A DNA stretch of 64,000 nt, from positions 512,001 through 576,000 of the forward strand of contig CAVZJB010000011.1 of the NCBI GenBank assembly GCA_963775425.1. The letters are read 5' to 3'. A model generated the notes under the pieces. It was not told the origin of the DNA. It made no database searches and saw only the letters and a program-made list of their open reading frames with translations. This document shows positions 49,550-58,490 of this stretch, piece by piece. Within the stretch, counting starts at the first letter, position 1. Every line of letters starts with the position of its first letter. The DNA comes from an uncultured delta proteobacterium (GTDB taxonomy: Bacteria > Myxococcota > UBA727 > VGSZ01). A program made the translations under genes and the position numbers.

Positions 49550-50551
49550 TCAGGAGGCGAGCTTGGCGGCGGGCCGATAGAAGTAGCTGAACAGCCCCGG
49601 AGGCATCGGACGCACGTAGGCGCCGTTCATGCTCCCCGAGTTGTCGTAGATGTACGGGACGCCGTGGTGCATGCCGGCGAAGAGCCCGCAGTGCCAATCG
49701 GGGCCCCACTCGTGGCCCTGCGCCGTCGCCAGCGGGGTGCCGACCGGGAGCTTCGAGAAGTCGTTGATCTTGCCCCAGTTGCGGTGCGCCTCCGCGCTGC
49801 CGAGGTCGGAGATGGGCAGGCCGCTCATGTGGTGCTTCGCCATCACCGGATCCCAGACGCGGCGCAGAAACCCGTAGCAGTCGTTGACGCCGTCGAATCG
49901 ATAGCCGCCGGTCTTGTTGATCTCGTCGCCGATGCTGTGCGCGCGCTTCATGATGGTGCGCCGCGTGCCGAGGCCGTCGTTTTCGACCGTCACCTTCTTC
50001 AGCTCGGCCCAGGTGTGCGCGTTGACGACGCCGGTCGGCGAGAGCTTCTCGCGTCGCTGGAACTCCTTCACCATGCCCTCGGTGCGATCGTCGAACGCGC
50101 CGCTCGTGTTCTTGGGGTCGAAGCCGGCGTCGCGCAGGTGCTGCTGGATGACGGACACGGCCTGGTTGTGGTCGCCGCGCTTCACGCCGCGCTTGGCCGC
50201 GCCGTCGACGAGGCGATCCTGCGCCACGGTCTTCTTCGTCTTGTTGCGCGTCACGGTCTTGGGCTTGTGATCGAGCGCGCGCACCTCCTTGCGCAGGATG
50301 TCGCGCGCCGATTTGGACAGCCCGCCGATGTCCTTGTTCGCGCGCAGCCGGGCCTCGTCGGCCTTGAAGCGCTTCGCCGCGTTCGCCGTCTGCTGGTCGT
50401 ACTTGCCGTCGACCTTGCCGGGGCTGTATCCGAGGCGCTTGAGCTCGCCCTCGATGTCCTTGACGTGCTTCCCCGTCTCGCCCGGCTTCCAGTACTTCGA
50501 GTGGGCGTCGTGAGCGGGGCGGGTCTTCGAGGTCTGCGCGGTGACGTTCAT
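49550..50551 (-). CDS. Two peptidoglycan-binding domains plus NlpC/P60-like cysteine peptidase domain
   Basis: G..V..I...L...G(Y/F).P....G.(Y/F)D..T motif twice; DCYGF and HCGLF; GGAG RBS. Confidence 0.8.
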   Translation of the reverse strand: MNVTAQTSKTRPAHDAHSKYWKPGETGKHVKDIEGELKRLGYSPGKVDGKYDQQTANAAKRFKADEARLRANKDIGGLSKSARDILRKEVRALDHKPKTVTRNKTKKTVAQDRLVDGAAKRGVKRGDHNQAVSVIQQHLRDAGFDPKNTSGAFDDRTEGMVKEFQRREKLSPTGVVNAHTWAELKKVTVENDGLGTRRTIMKRAHSIGDEINKTGGYRFDGVNDCYGFLRRVWDPVMAKHHMSGLPISDLGSAEAHRNWGKINDFSKLPVGTPLATAQGHEWGPDWHCGLFAGMHHGVPYIYDNSGSMNGAYVRPMPPGLFSYFYRPAAKLAS

Positions 50552-50717
50552 GTGTCGGTCTCCGTGTGAAGGCGAACCGGGTATCGGCGCTTCACCCACA
50601 CCGGCGCTCGGAGCCGCCGACTAGGGCGATCGCGTGGCCCGGTGGCGTACGACGATCGCGCTACGAATTCCGGCGGGCGCGGTTGCGCGGCGTCGTGGCG
50701 CGCGGCAGCACGGCGCC

Positions 50718-51113
50718 ATGACGAGCACGAACAACACCGGTGCGGGCGCGCGCCCGCTCTTGGCCGCGGAGCGGGTGAGCCCTCGGGCCGCGGAGCAGAT
50801 GGGCCGCTTCCAGGCGGACTTCCTCGCAGAGGTGGAGCACGTCGTCGCCAACAACGAGATCGCCGTGATCGGCATGGCGCAAAACCCCGTCGTAAAGCGC
50901 GCGCGGAAGCTGCTCGACGACGCGGGCCTCTCCTACGGCTACGTCGGTCACGGGAGCTATCTGTCGGGCTACCGCCGCCGGCTCATCGTCAAGCTCTGGT
51001 CGGGCTGGCCGTGGTTCCCGATGGTGTTCGTGAAGGGCACGCTCATCGGCGGCGCCAACGACGTCGCCGCGGAGCTCGCCGACGGCACGCTGCGGACACG
51101 CCTGGGCCGGTGA
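50718..51113 (+). CDS. Glutaredoxin-like protein lacking cysteine
   Basis: GW..FPMVFVKGTLIGG Grx signature. Confidence 0.8.
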   Translation: MTSTNNTGAGARPLLAAERVSPRAAEQMGRFQADFLAEVEHVVANNEIAVIGMAQNPVVKRARKLLDDAGLSYGYVGHGSYLSGYRRRLIVKLWSGWPWFPMVFVKGTLIGGANDVAAELADGTLRTRLGR

Positions 51114-51218
51114 CGGCGGCGTCGGCGTCGCCGCGCACGCAATTTTTCCCGTCGCACAATCACGCTCGCAATTTCGCCGGCCGCACCATTTCTGCTCCAA
51201 GCAGCGCTACCATTCGGC

Positions 51219-52646
51219 ATGCCCGCCTGGTGGCTCGCCCTCGTCGTGCTCGCCGTCTCCGAACACCCGCCGGCCCCCGCGCCCCCGGCCGAGGCGCCCG
51301 CCCCGCCCGCCCCGCCCGCCCCGGAGGCGGCGCCAGCGCCCGATGCGTCGTCGAAGGCCATCCTCGTGCCCGCGCCGTTCGGCGCGCCCGCCGAGGAGAC
51401 CGCCGCCGCGCAGCGCGCGCTCGTGGCCGCGTTGCGCGCCGAGATCGGAGAGCGCGTCCTCGACGTCAAGAGCGTCATCGACGCGCAGCTCGCCGCCTCC
51501 ATCACCGCCTCCGATCTCGCCCTGTCGCGCAAGGCCAGGCGCAAGGAGCGCACGCCGCCGCCGCGCGGGCTCGCGCGCTTGATGGAGCAGGCGCACGCGT
51601 CGAGCGCGCTGCTCGTCGACGTGCGCGACACCGAGACCGTGGTCTACATCTTCATCGGCGGCCGCGGCCCGGCGGCGCCCATCGTGCGCCTCAAGAGAAA
51701 GAAGCGCGACCCCCTCGACGACGCGTGGGCGCAGCGCATCGCCAGGACCGTCAAGGCGCGCGCGGGCGACGCGCTGCAGGCGTTCGAATTCGAGATCGAC
51801 GTCGCCGGCGCGGAGGTCGAAGACGAAGCCCCCGCGGCGGACGCCGACATCAAGGCCGAGATGGCCGCGGAGCGCGCCGAGGAGGCGGCGCGGCTCGCGC
51901 GCCTCGCCGAGGAGAAGCGGCGGCGCGAGCAGGGCGAGCCTTTCGTGTCCGCGCTCCTCTCGGGCGGCGGCGCCCTGCGCTTCCTCGACGAGAGCGGGCC
52001 GGGCGCGGCGTCGCTCGCGCCCTTTCAAAACGGCCTCGTGCCCACCGCGGGCGTGTACGCGTCCTTGAGCCCGCTGCGCGCGCTCGTGCCGTCGCTGCGG
52101 TCGTCGCCGTACACCGACGTCACCGTGGAGGCCGCGTACCGCCGCGGCATCTGGGACGTCAAAGACGCCGCCGGCAAGTCCTGCGGCTACGACGACGACG
52201 ACGCGTTCTTCCGCGCGGGGTGGCGGGCCGCGTTCGTCGACAACCCGTGGGTCCCGAAGGTGGGCGCCGTCGCCGGCGTCGGCATCGAGCGCGTGCAGTT
52301 CGGCTGCGCGCTCCCCGTGCCGAGCACGCAGTACCAAAACGTCGCCGCCGGCGTCCGCGTCACGCAGCCGCTCCTGCCGCGCGCCGAGGACAACACCGGC
52401 TCCCCCCTCGAGCTCGACCTGCTCGCCGGCGGCCGCGGCGTGCTGCTCGCGCCCGACGAGGGATCCTTCTCGGCGGGCGCGTGGGGCGAGGGCTTCCTCG
52501 TCGCGCGCCCCTTTTCGTTCACCGAGGCGCGCGCCGGCGTCCGCTACGCGTCGGCGCACACCGACGTCCGGGAGGCCGGCGCAGTGGCGCTCGCCCTCGA
52601 CGACGCGCGCCTGTCCATCGAGCTTCAGGTCGGAGTGGTGTTTTGA
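51219..52646 (+). CDS. Putative outer-membrane beta-barrel protein with N-terminal periplasmic domain
   Basis: Signal peptide, acidic linker, amphipathic strands, terminal Phe. Confidence 0.7.
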   Translation: MPAWWLALVVLAVSEHPPAPAPPAEAPAPPAPPAPEAAPAPDASSKAILVPAPFGAPAEETAAAQRALVAALRAEIGERVLDVKSVIDAQLAASITASDLALSRKARRKERTPPPRGLARLMEQAHASSALLVDVRDTETVVYIFIGGRGPAAPIVRLKRKKRDPLDDAWAQRIARTVKARAGDALQAFEFEIDVAGAEVEDEAPAADADIKAEMAAERAEEAARLARLAEEKRRREQGEPFVSALLSGGGALRFLDESGPGAASLAPFQNGLVPTAGVYASLSPLRALVPSLRSSPYTDVTVEAAYRRGIWDVKDAAGKSCGYDDDDAFFRAGWRAAFVDNPWVPKVGAVAGVGIERVQFGCALPVPSTQYQNVAAGVRVTQPLLPRAEDNTGSPLELDLLAGGRGVLLAPDEGSFSAGAWGEGFLVARPFSFTEARAGVRYASAHTDVREAGAVALALDDARLSIELQVGVVF

Positions 52647-55600
52647 TGACGAGATCGCATTCGCGCCCCTCCGCCCTCCTGTGCGCCGCCGTCGTCCTCG
52701 CTGCGCTCGCGCCCGCTCGCGCGGCGTGGGCGGTGTGCGACACCGCGAACTTCCAGAACCCCGAGAACGACTGCGACAACGACGGGCAGACGGTGGGCCA
52801 GGGCGACTGCCTCGACTGCGACATCGACGGCCTCTTCGCCAACATCCCCGACTGCGGCGTGGACCCGCACCCCGGAACGCAGGACTTCGCCGACCCGCGC
52901 ACCGTGCAGCTCGGCGCCGCCGAGATCTGCGACGGCTTCGACAACAACTGCAACGCGCAAGCCGACGAGGGCTTCGACGTCGACGGCGACGGCTTCACCA
53001 GTTGCGGCGGCGACTGCAACGACGGCGACGGCACCATCCACCCGGGCGCCACCGAGCAGTGCGACGGCGTCGACCAGGACTGTGACGGCGTCCCCGACCA
53101 AAACGAGAACATCACGCGCGCCTGCTACGACGGCCCCGGCGGCACCAACGGCGTGGGCGTCTGCCACGGCGGCACGCAGACCTGCACCGGCGCCACGTTC
53201 GGCGCGTGCAACGGCGAGGTGGTCCCGAGCGCCGAGGTCTGCAACGGCCTCGACGACGACTGCAAAAACGGCGCGGACGACGGGCTGATCGTCGACGTCG
53301 ACGGCGACGGCGCGCGCGCCTGCGGGAGCTGCGGCGCGCCGGCGGCGCCCAACTGCGACTGCAACGACGGAAACGGCGCCGTGCACCCCGGCGCCACCGA
53401 GCACTGCGACGGCGTCGACGAGGACTGCGACGGCGTCCTCGACCAGAACGAGAACATCACCCGGCAGTGCTACGACAACTTCCTGCCCGCCGGCGGCACG
53501 GCCGGCGTGGGCGCGTGCTCGTTCGGCACGCAGAGCTGCACGGGGGCGTCGTTCGGCACCTGCACCGGTGACGGCACGGGTGCGTCGGACACCGAGAGCT
53601 GCAACAACATCGACGACAACTGCAACGGCAGCACCGACGAAGGGCTCATCGTCGACGTCGACGGCGACGGCTCGCGCGCGTGCGGCACCTGTGGCGCTCC
53701 CGCAGCGCCGAACTGCGACTGCAACGACGGCGACGGCGCCGTGCACCCCGGGCGAGGCGAGGTGTGTAACGGCGTCGACGACAACTGCAACGGGCTCACG
53801 GACGAGCGGAACGCCGCCGGCGACCCGCTGCAGCAGTCCTGCTACGACGGCCCCGGCGGCACGCGCAACGTGGGCGTGTGCCGCGGCGGACAACAGCAGT
53901 GCCTCGGCGGCGCCTTCGCCGGCAACCCGTGCAACGGCGAGGTCCTCCCGAGCGCCGAGATCTGCGACGGCCTCGACAACGACTGCGTGAACGGCGCCGA
54001 CGACGGCCTCATCACCGACGTCGACGGCGACGGCGTCCCCGCGTGCACGTCCGCGTGCCTCCTGCCGCCCTTCTCCGCCAGCAACTGCGACTGCGACGAC
54101 GGCGACCCCAACAACGCCCCCGGAAGAAACGAGGTGTGCGACGGCCAGGACAACAACTGCAACGGCGTCATCGACGAGGGCTTCGACAACGACGGCGACG
54201 GGTTCTTGAGCTGCGCCTTCTGCTCCACGTCTCCGTGCGACTGCAACGACAACGACAACACCATCTTCCCGAACGCGCCCGAGGACTGCGGGCCCGTGGA
54301 CAAGGACTGCGACGGCATCCGCTTCCCGGCGGGCACCGACCTCGACGGCGACGGCGTCCCCGGGCAGACGCCGTGCAACCAGGACTGCAACGACGACCCG
54401 AACGCCTTCGGCCAGTTCCAGCACCCCGCCTACGGCCCCATCGCCGCGCTCACCGACGTCTGCGACGGCCTCGACAACGACTGCAACGGCACCGTCGACC
54501 ACGCCGCCAACGGCAACATCATCTCGCGCTCCTGCTACGACGGCCCCGGCGGCACCGCCGGCGTGGGCACGTGCCGCGCGGGCACGCAGACGTGCAACGC
54601 CGTGCCCGGCAGCCACGTCTCGAGCTTCTCGGCGTGCACCGGCGAGGTCTTGCCGAGCAACGATCCCGCGTTGCCGGAGACCACGTGCAACGGCGCCGAC
54701 GACGACTGTGACACCAAGGTGGACGACGGCTTCGACGAGGACGTCGATGGCTTCACCACCTGCAACGGCGACTGCAACGACAACGACGCCACCGTGCACC
54801 CGAACGCCACGGAGCTGTGCGACGCCATCGACCAGAACTGCAACGGCAATCTCACCGACGTGCCTCCCGTGGTGTGCTTCGACGGACAAAACGTCACGCC
54901 CGACACGTTCACCGGCGTCTGCCCGGGGCCGGGCTGCACGCCGAACCCGCCGTGCCACGCGGGCGTGCAGACCTGCCTGCCCGACGGGACGCTCAGCGCC
55001 TGCGGCGGAGATCTGGTGTTGCCCGCCAACGATCCCGCCGGGCCGGAGGCGCAGTGCAACCAGATCGACGACGACTGCGACGGCGTCGTCGACGACGGCG
55101 ACTTCGATCAGGACGGCGACGGCTTCAAGGTGTGCGACGGCGACTGCAACGACAACAACGCCGACATCCACCCGGGCGCGCTCGAGATCTGCGACGACGT
55201 CGACAACGACTGCGACGGCAACATCGACGGCGATCAGACCCAGTGCTACTCGGGCCCGCCCGACACCGTCGGCGTCGGCCTGTGCGTCGCCGGCACCTCG
55301 CAGTGCGTCGCGGGCGTGCCGAGCGGCGACTGCGCCGGCGAGGTGGTGCCCGCCGCGGAGGAGTGCGACCTGCTCGACAACGACTGCGACGGCCTCGTCG
55401 ACGAAGACTTCGACAACGACGGCGACGGCTTCCCGGACTGCGCGCTGTGCCCGTCGCTCACGCCCGCGCAGTGCGACTGCGACGACAACGACCCGTTCAA
55501 CAACCCGGGCGCCACCGAGGTGTGTGACTGCCAGGACAACAACTGCGACGGCAACACCGACGAGGGCGGCGTGTGCACCGGCGCGCCGTGCCACGACTTC

Positions 55601-58486
55601 GACGGCGACGGCGTCACCAACTGCCAGGGCGACTGCAACGACAGGAACCCGGCGGTGGGGCCGAACCGGCCGGAGATCTTCGGCAACGGCATCGACGACG
55701 ACTGCGACGGCCAGGTGGACGAGGACACCGACGAGGACGGCGACGGGTACACCACGTCGCAGGGCGACTGCGACGACCGCTTCGCGGAGATCAACCCGGG
55801 CGCGGTGGAGGTGTGCGACGGCTTCGACAACAACTGCGACGGCAACGTCGACGAGGGCTTCGATCAAGACGGCGACGGCGCGCGCACGTGCACCGGCGAC
55901 TGCGACGACAACAACCCGGCGGTGAGCCCGTTCCGCGCGGAGATCTGCGGCAACGGCATCGACGACAACTGCGACGGGCAGATCGACGAGGACACGGACA
56001 ACGACGGCGACGGCGTCACCACGTGCGAGGGCGACTGCAACGACTACAACGCCGCGGTGCACCCGGCCTTCGGCGACATCGAGGCGGCGCCCGAGGTGTG
56101 CGACGGGCAGTCCAACGACTGCAGCGGGCCGCCCGACGAGGGCTTCGATCAGGACGGCGACGGCGTGCCCACCTGCTTCGGCGACTGCAACGACAGCGAC
56201 CCGAACATCTCGCCGCTGCTCCTCGAGATCCCGGGCAACGGCGTCGACGACAACTGCGACGGGCAGATCGACGAGGTCGACCGCGACGACGACGGCGACG
56301 GCTTCACCGGCGCCTGCGGCGACTGCAACGACGCCAACGCCTCGGTGAACCCGCACGCGGCGGAGCTGTGCGATCGCATCGACAACAACTGCGACGCGCT
56401 GGTGGACGCGCTGCCGGACAACCCGGCGCTGTGCTCGGTGTGCTTCGACAACGACGGCGACGGCTTCACCAACTGCGACGGCGACTGCGACGACACAGAC
56501 CCCGAGGTGTTCCCGGGCGCGGTCGAGATCTGCAACCAGAAGGACGACGACTGCGACCGCCGCGTGGACCTCAGCGCGGACGGCCTCCGCGTCTGCGGCG
56601 GCGACGACGACGCCGGCGTGCCCGACGACGCGGGTGCGCCGGACGCGGGCGCCGCCGACGCCGACGCGGGCCCCGTCGCCCAGGGGCCGGCTCCGCTTTC
56701 GCCCGTGACGGTCGGCTGCACCTGCGGCCTCGCCGGGCCCGCGAGCCCCGGCGACGCCGCGGCTTCCATGCTCCCGTTCGCCGCGCTCTTCGCGCTCCTT
56801 GCCCTGTGGCGCCGCGGTCCGCGCGCGCCCCGCCGGGCGCTCATCGTCGCGCCGGCGGCCTGGGACAACCCGGTGGCGCGCGCCAAAGGCGCTTCGCTCC
56901 CGGTCGCGCTCGCGGTGATCGCCGGCTTCGGCGCCTGCCAGTGCGACGGCGTGCGCGTGCCCAAGGGCGTCGATCTCACGCCCGCGGCCGAGGGCGAGGG
57001 CGACGGCGGCGAGGGGGAGGGCGAGGGCGAAGGCGAGGGCAATCCGAGCTGCGTCCCCGATCCCGCCGTGGCCGTCGAGACCCTCGACGTCCCCGGGGCG
57101 CGGACGCCGTTCGCCCTGCCGCGGCACGTCGACGCCACGTTCCTCGCGAACACCGCGGGCATCGCGCTCGACTCCGACGCCGACGTCGAGGCCGTCGTCT
57201 TGACGCGGCCGCTGCCGCCGGGCGTCGACGCCACCGACGCCGGCGCCGCCGACGTCATCCTCTCCGACGACTCCTCCGCCCTCGACGCGCTGCCGGGCTC
57301 ACCGGTGGTGTCCTCGCGCGTGCAGCTCAGCGAGCGCTCGTTCCTCACGCGTGAGGACCAGCTCCCGAGCGCGCAGGCGCTCTACCGCGTGCAGCTCGCG
57401 GGCCCCACCACGGCGGCGCAGGTGCGAAACCGCGCGGCGCAGGCCCTGGCCGACGCCGCGCCCGGCGCGCTGAACGACCTGCCGGCGCCGCGCCAGACCT
57501 CGCTGTTCACGTCGGAGATGCAGATGGCGGTCTTCGTCCGCGTCGTCGACGACGTCAGCGTCACCGTCATCGCGTTCACGCCGCAGGAGCTCGGCACGCA
57601 GAACGGCCCGCTCCTCGGTGACCTCACGAACGGCACGCACGTCGGCCCGCCCGGCGCCATCCTCGACGTCAACTGCGAGGAGAAGCAGTTCCCGGTCTTG
57701 AAGTCCGACTTCGTCTTCGTGGTCGACAACTCCGGCTCCATGCAGGAGGAGCAGCAGGGCCTCGCCAACGCCGCCGACGAGTTCTACGCCGCGCTCGTCA
57801 ATTCCGGGCTCGACGCGCGGCTCGGCGTGGTCACCACCGACAGCGACGTGCTTCGCGGCGCCGGCTTCACCAACGACCCGAGCGTGTTCCGCCAGGACGT
57901 GCAGGTGGGCATCGACGGCAACGGCCTCGAGATGGGCCTCGAGTTCGCCGCGCGCGCCGTCACCCTCGCCGACGACAACGCCGACGACGCCCGCCGCTTC
58001 CGCGACGACGCGGCCAAGGTCGTCATCATCATCAGCGACGAGGAGGCCAGCGACCTGCGCACCATCCCGGAGTACGTGGACTTCTTCACGTCCGAGGGCG
58101 CCATCGTCTACGCCATCGTCGGTCCGCGCCCCGTCGGCTGCGTGTTCGTCGGCCTCGGCGCCGCGCAGCTCGGCGAGCACTACATCGAGGTGGCGCAGGC
58201 CACCGGCGGCTCGTCGGCGAGCATCTGCAACCCCAACCTCGCCGAGACCATCGCCGACATCCTCGTCGGCGCCGCCGGCGCGGCCAGCCGCTCGCCGCTC
58301 GAGCGCACGCCAATCTCCTCGTCGCTGCACGTCGACGTGGAGGGCGCGCCCGTCGACCGCTCCCGCACCGACGGCTTCGACTACGAGGCCACCTCCAACA
58401 CGGTGCTGTTCTTCGGCTCGCGCCCGCCCGAAGGCACGCCCGTGGAGATCAGCTACCAGTTCTTCAACGTCGTCGAGAACGGCTAG
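52646..58486 (+). CDS. Giant MopE-type metal-binding-repeat surface protein with internal MYXO-CTERM and C-terminal vWA module
   Basis: Signal peptide; many DCND....PGA.E.CDG.DNNCDG..DE repeats; GCTC-TM-RR at about 56714-56814; VVDNSGSM MIDAS motif. Confidence 0.85.
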   Translation: MTRSHSRPSALLCAAVVLAALAPARAAWAVCDTANFQNPENDCDNDGQTVGQGDCLDCDIDGLFANIPDCGVDPHPGTQDFADPRTVQLGAAEICDGFDNNCNAQADEGFDVDGDGFTSCGGDCNDGDGTIHPGATEQCDGVDQDCDGVPDQNENITRACYDGPGGTNGVGVCHGGTQTCTGATFGACNGEVVPSAEVCNGLDDDCKNGADDGLIVDVDGDGARACGSCGAPAAPNCDCNDGNGAVHPGATEHCDGVDEDCDGVLDQNENITRQCYDNFLPAGGTAGVGACSFGTQSCTGASFGTCTGDGTGASDTESCNNIDDNCNGSTDEGLIVDVDGDGSRACGTCGAPAAPNCDCNDGDGAVHPGRGEVCNGVDDNCNGLTDERNAAGDPLQQSCYDGPGGTRNVGVCRGGQQQCLGGAFAGNPCNGEVLPSAEICDGLDNDCVNGADDGLITDVDGDGVPACTSACLLPPFSASNCDCDDGDPNNAPGRNEVCDGQDNNCNGVIDEGFDNDGDGFLSCAFCSTSPCDCNDNDNTIFPNAPEDCGPVDKDCDGIRFPAGTDLDGDGVPGQTPCNQDCNDDPNAFGQFQHPAYGPIAALTDVCDGLDNDCNGTVDHAANGNIISRSCYDGPGGTAGVGTCRAGTQTCNAVPGSHVSSFSACTGEVLPSNDPALPETTCNGADDDCDTKVDDGFDEDVDGFTTCNGDCNDNDATVHPNATELCDAIDQNCNGNLTDVPPVVCFDGQNVTPDTFTGVCPGPGCTPNPPCHAGVQTCLPDGTLSACGGDLVLPANDPAGPEAQCNQIDDDCDGVVDDGDFDQDGDGFKVCDGDCNDNNADIHPGALEICDDVDNDCDGNIDGDQTQCYSGPPDTVGVGLCVAGTSQCVAGVPSGDCAGEVVPAAEECDLLDNDCDGLVDEDFDNDGDGFPDCALCPSLTPAQCDCDDNDPFNNPGATEVCDCQDNNCDGNTDEGGVCTGAPCHDFDGDGVTNCQGDCNDRNPAVGPNRPEIFGNGIDDDCDGQVDEDTDEDGDGYTTSQGDCDDRFAEINPGAVEVCDGFDNNCDGNVDEGFDQDGDGARTCTGDCDDNNPAVSPFRAEICGNGIDDNCDGQIDEDTDNDGDGVTTCEGDCNDYNAAVHPAFGDIEAAPEVCDGQSNDCSGPPDEGFDQDGDGVPTCFGDCNDSDPNISPLLLEIPGNGVDDNCDGQIDEVDRDDDGDGFTGACGDCNDANASVNPHAAELCDRIDNNCDALVDALPDNPALCSVCFDNDGDGFTNCDGDCDDTDPEVFPGAVEICNQKDDDCDRRVDLSADGLRVCGGDDDAGVPDDAGAPDAGAADADAGPVAQGPAPLSPVTVGCTCGLAGPASPGDAAASMLPFAALFALLALWRRGPRAPRRALIVAPAAWDNPVARAKGASLPVALAVIAGFGACQCDGVRVPKGVDLTPAAEGEGDGGEGEGEGEGEGNPSCVPDPAVAVETLDVPGARTPFALPRHVDATFLANTAGIALDSDADVEAVVLTRPLPPGVDATDAGAADVILSDDSSALDALPGSPVVSSRVQLSERSFLTREDQLPSAQALYRVQLAGPTTAAQVRNRAAQALADAAPGALNDLPAPRQTSLFTSEMQMAVFVRVVDDVSVTVIAFTPQELGTQNGPLLGDLTNGTHVGPPGAILDVNCEEKQFPVLKSDFVFVVDNSGSMQEEQQGLANAADEFYAALVNSGLDARLGVVTTDSDVLRGAGFTNDPSVFRQDVQVGIDGNGLEMGLEFAARAVTLADDNADDARRFRDDAAKVVIIISDEEASDLRTIPEYVDFFTSEGAIVYAIVGPRPVGCVFVGLGAAQLGEHYIEVAQATGGSSASICNPNLAETIADILVGAAGAASRSPLERTPISSSLHVDVEGAPVDRSRTDGFDYEATSNTVLFFGSRPPEGTPVEISYQFFNVVENG

Positions 58487-58490
58487 CGGC

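Noticed and set aside
50642-52645. N-terminal part of the 2614-aa ORF
   Set aside because: Off-frame read-through over two real genes; the signal peptide begins at 52646
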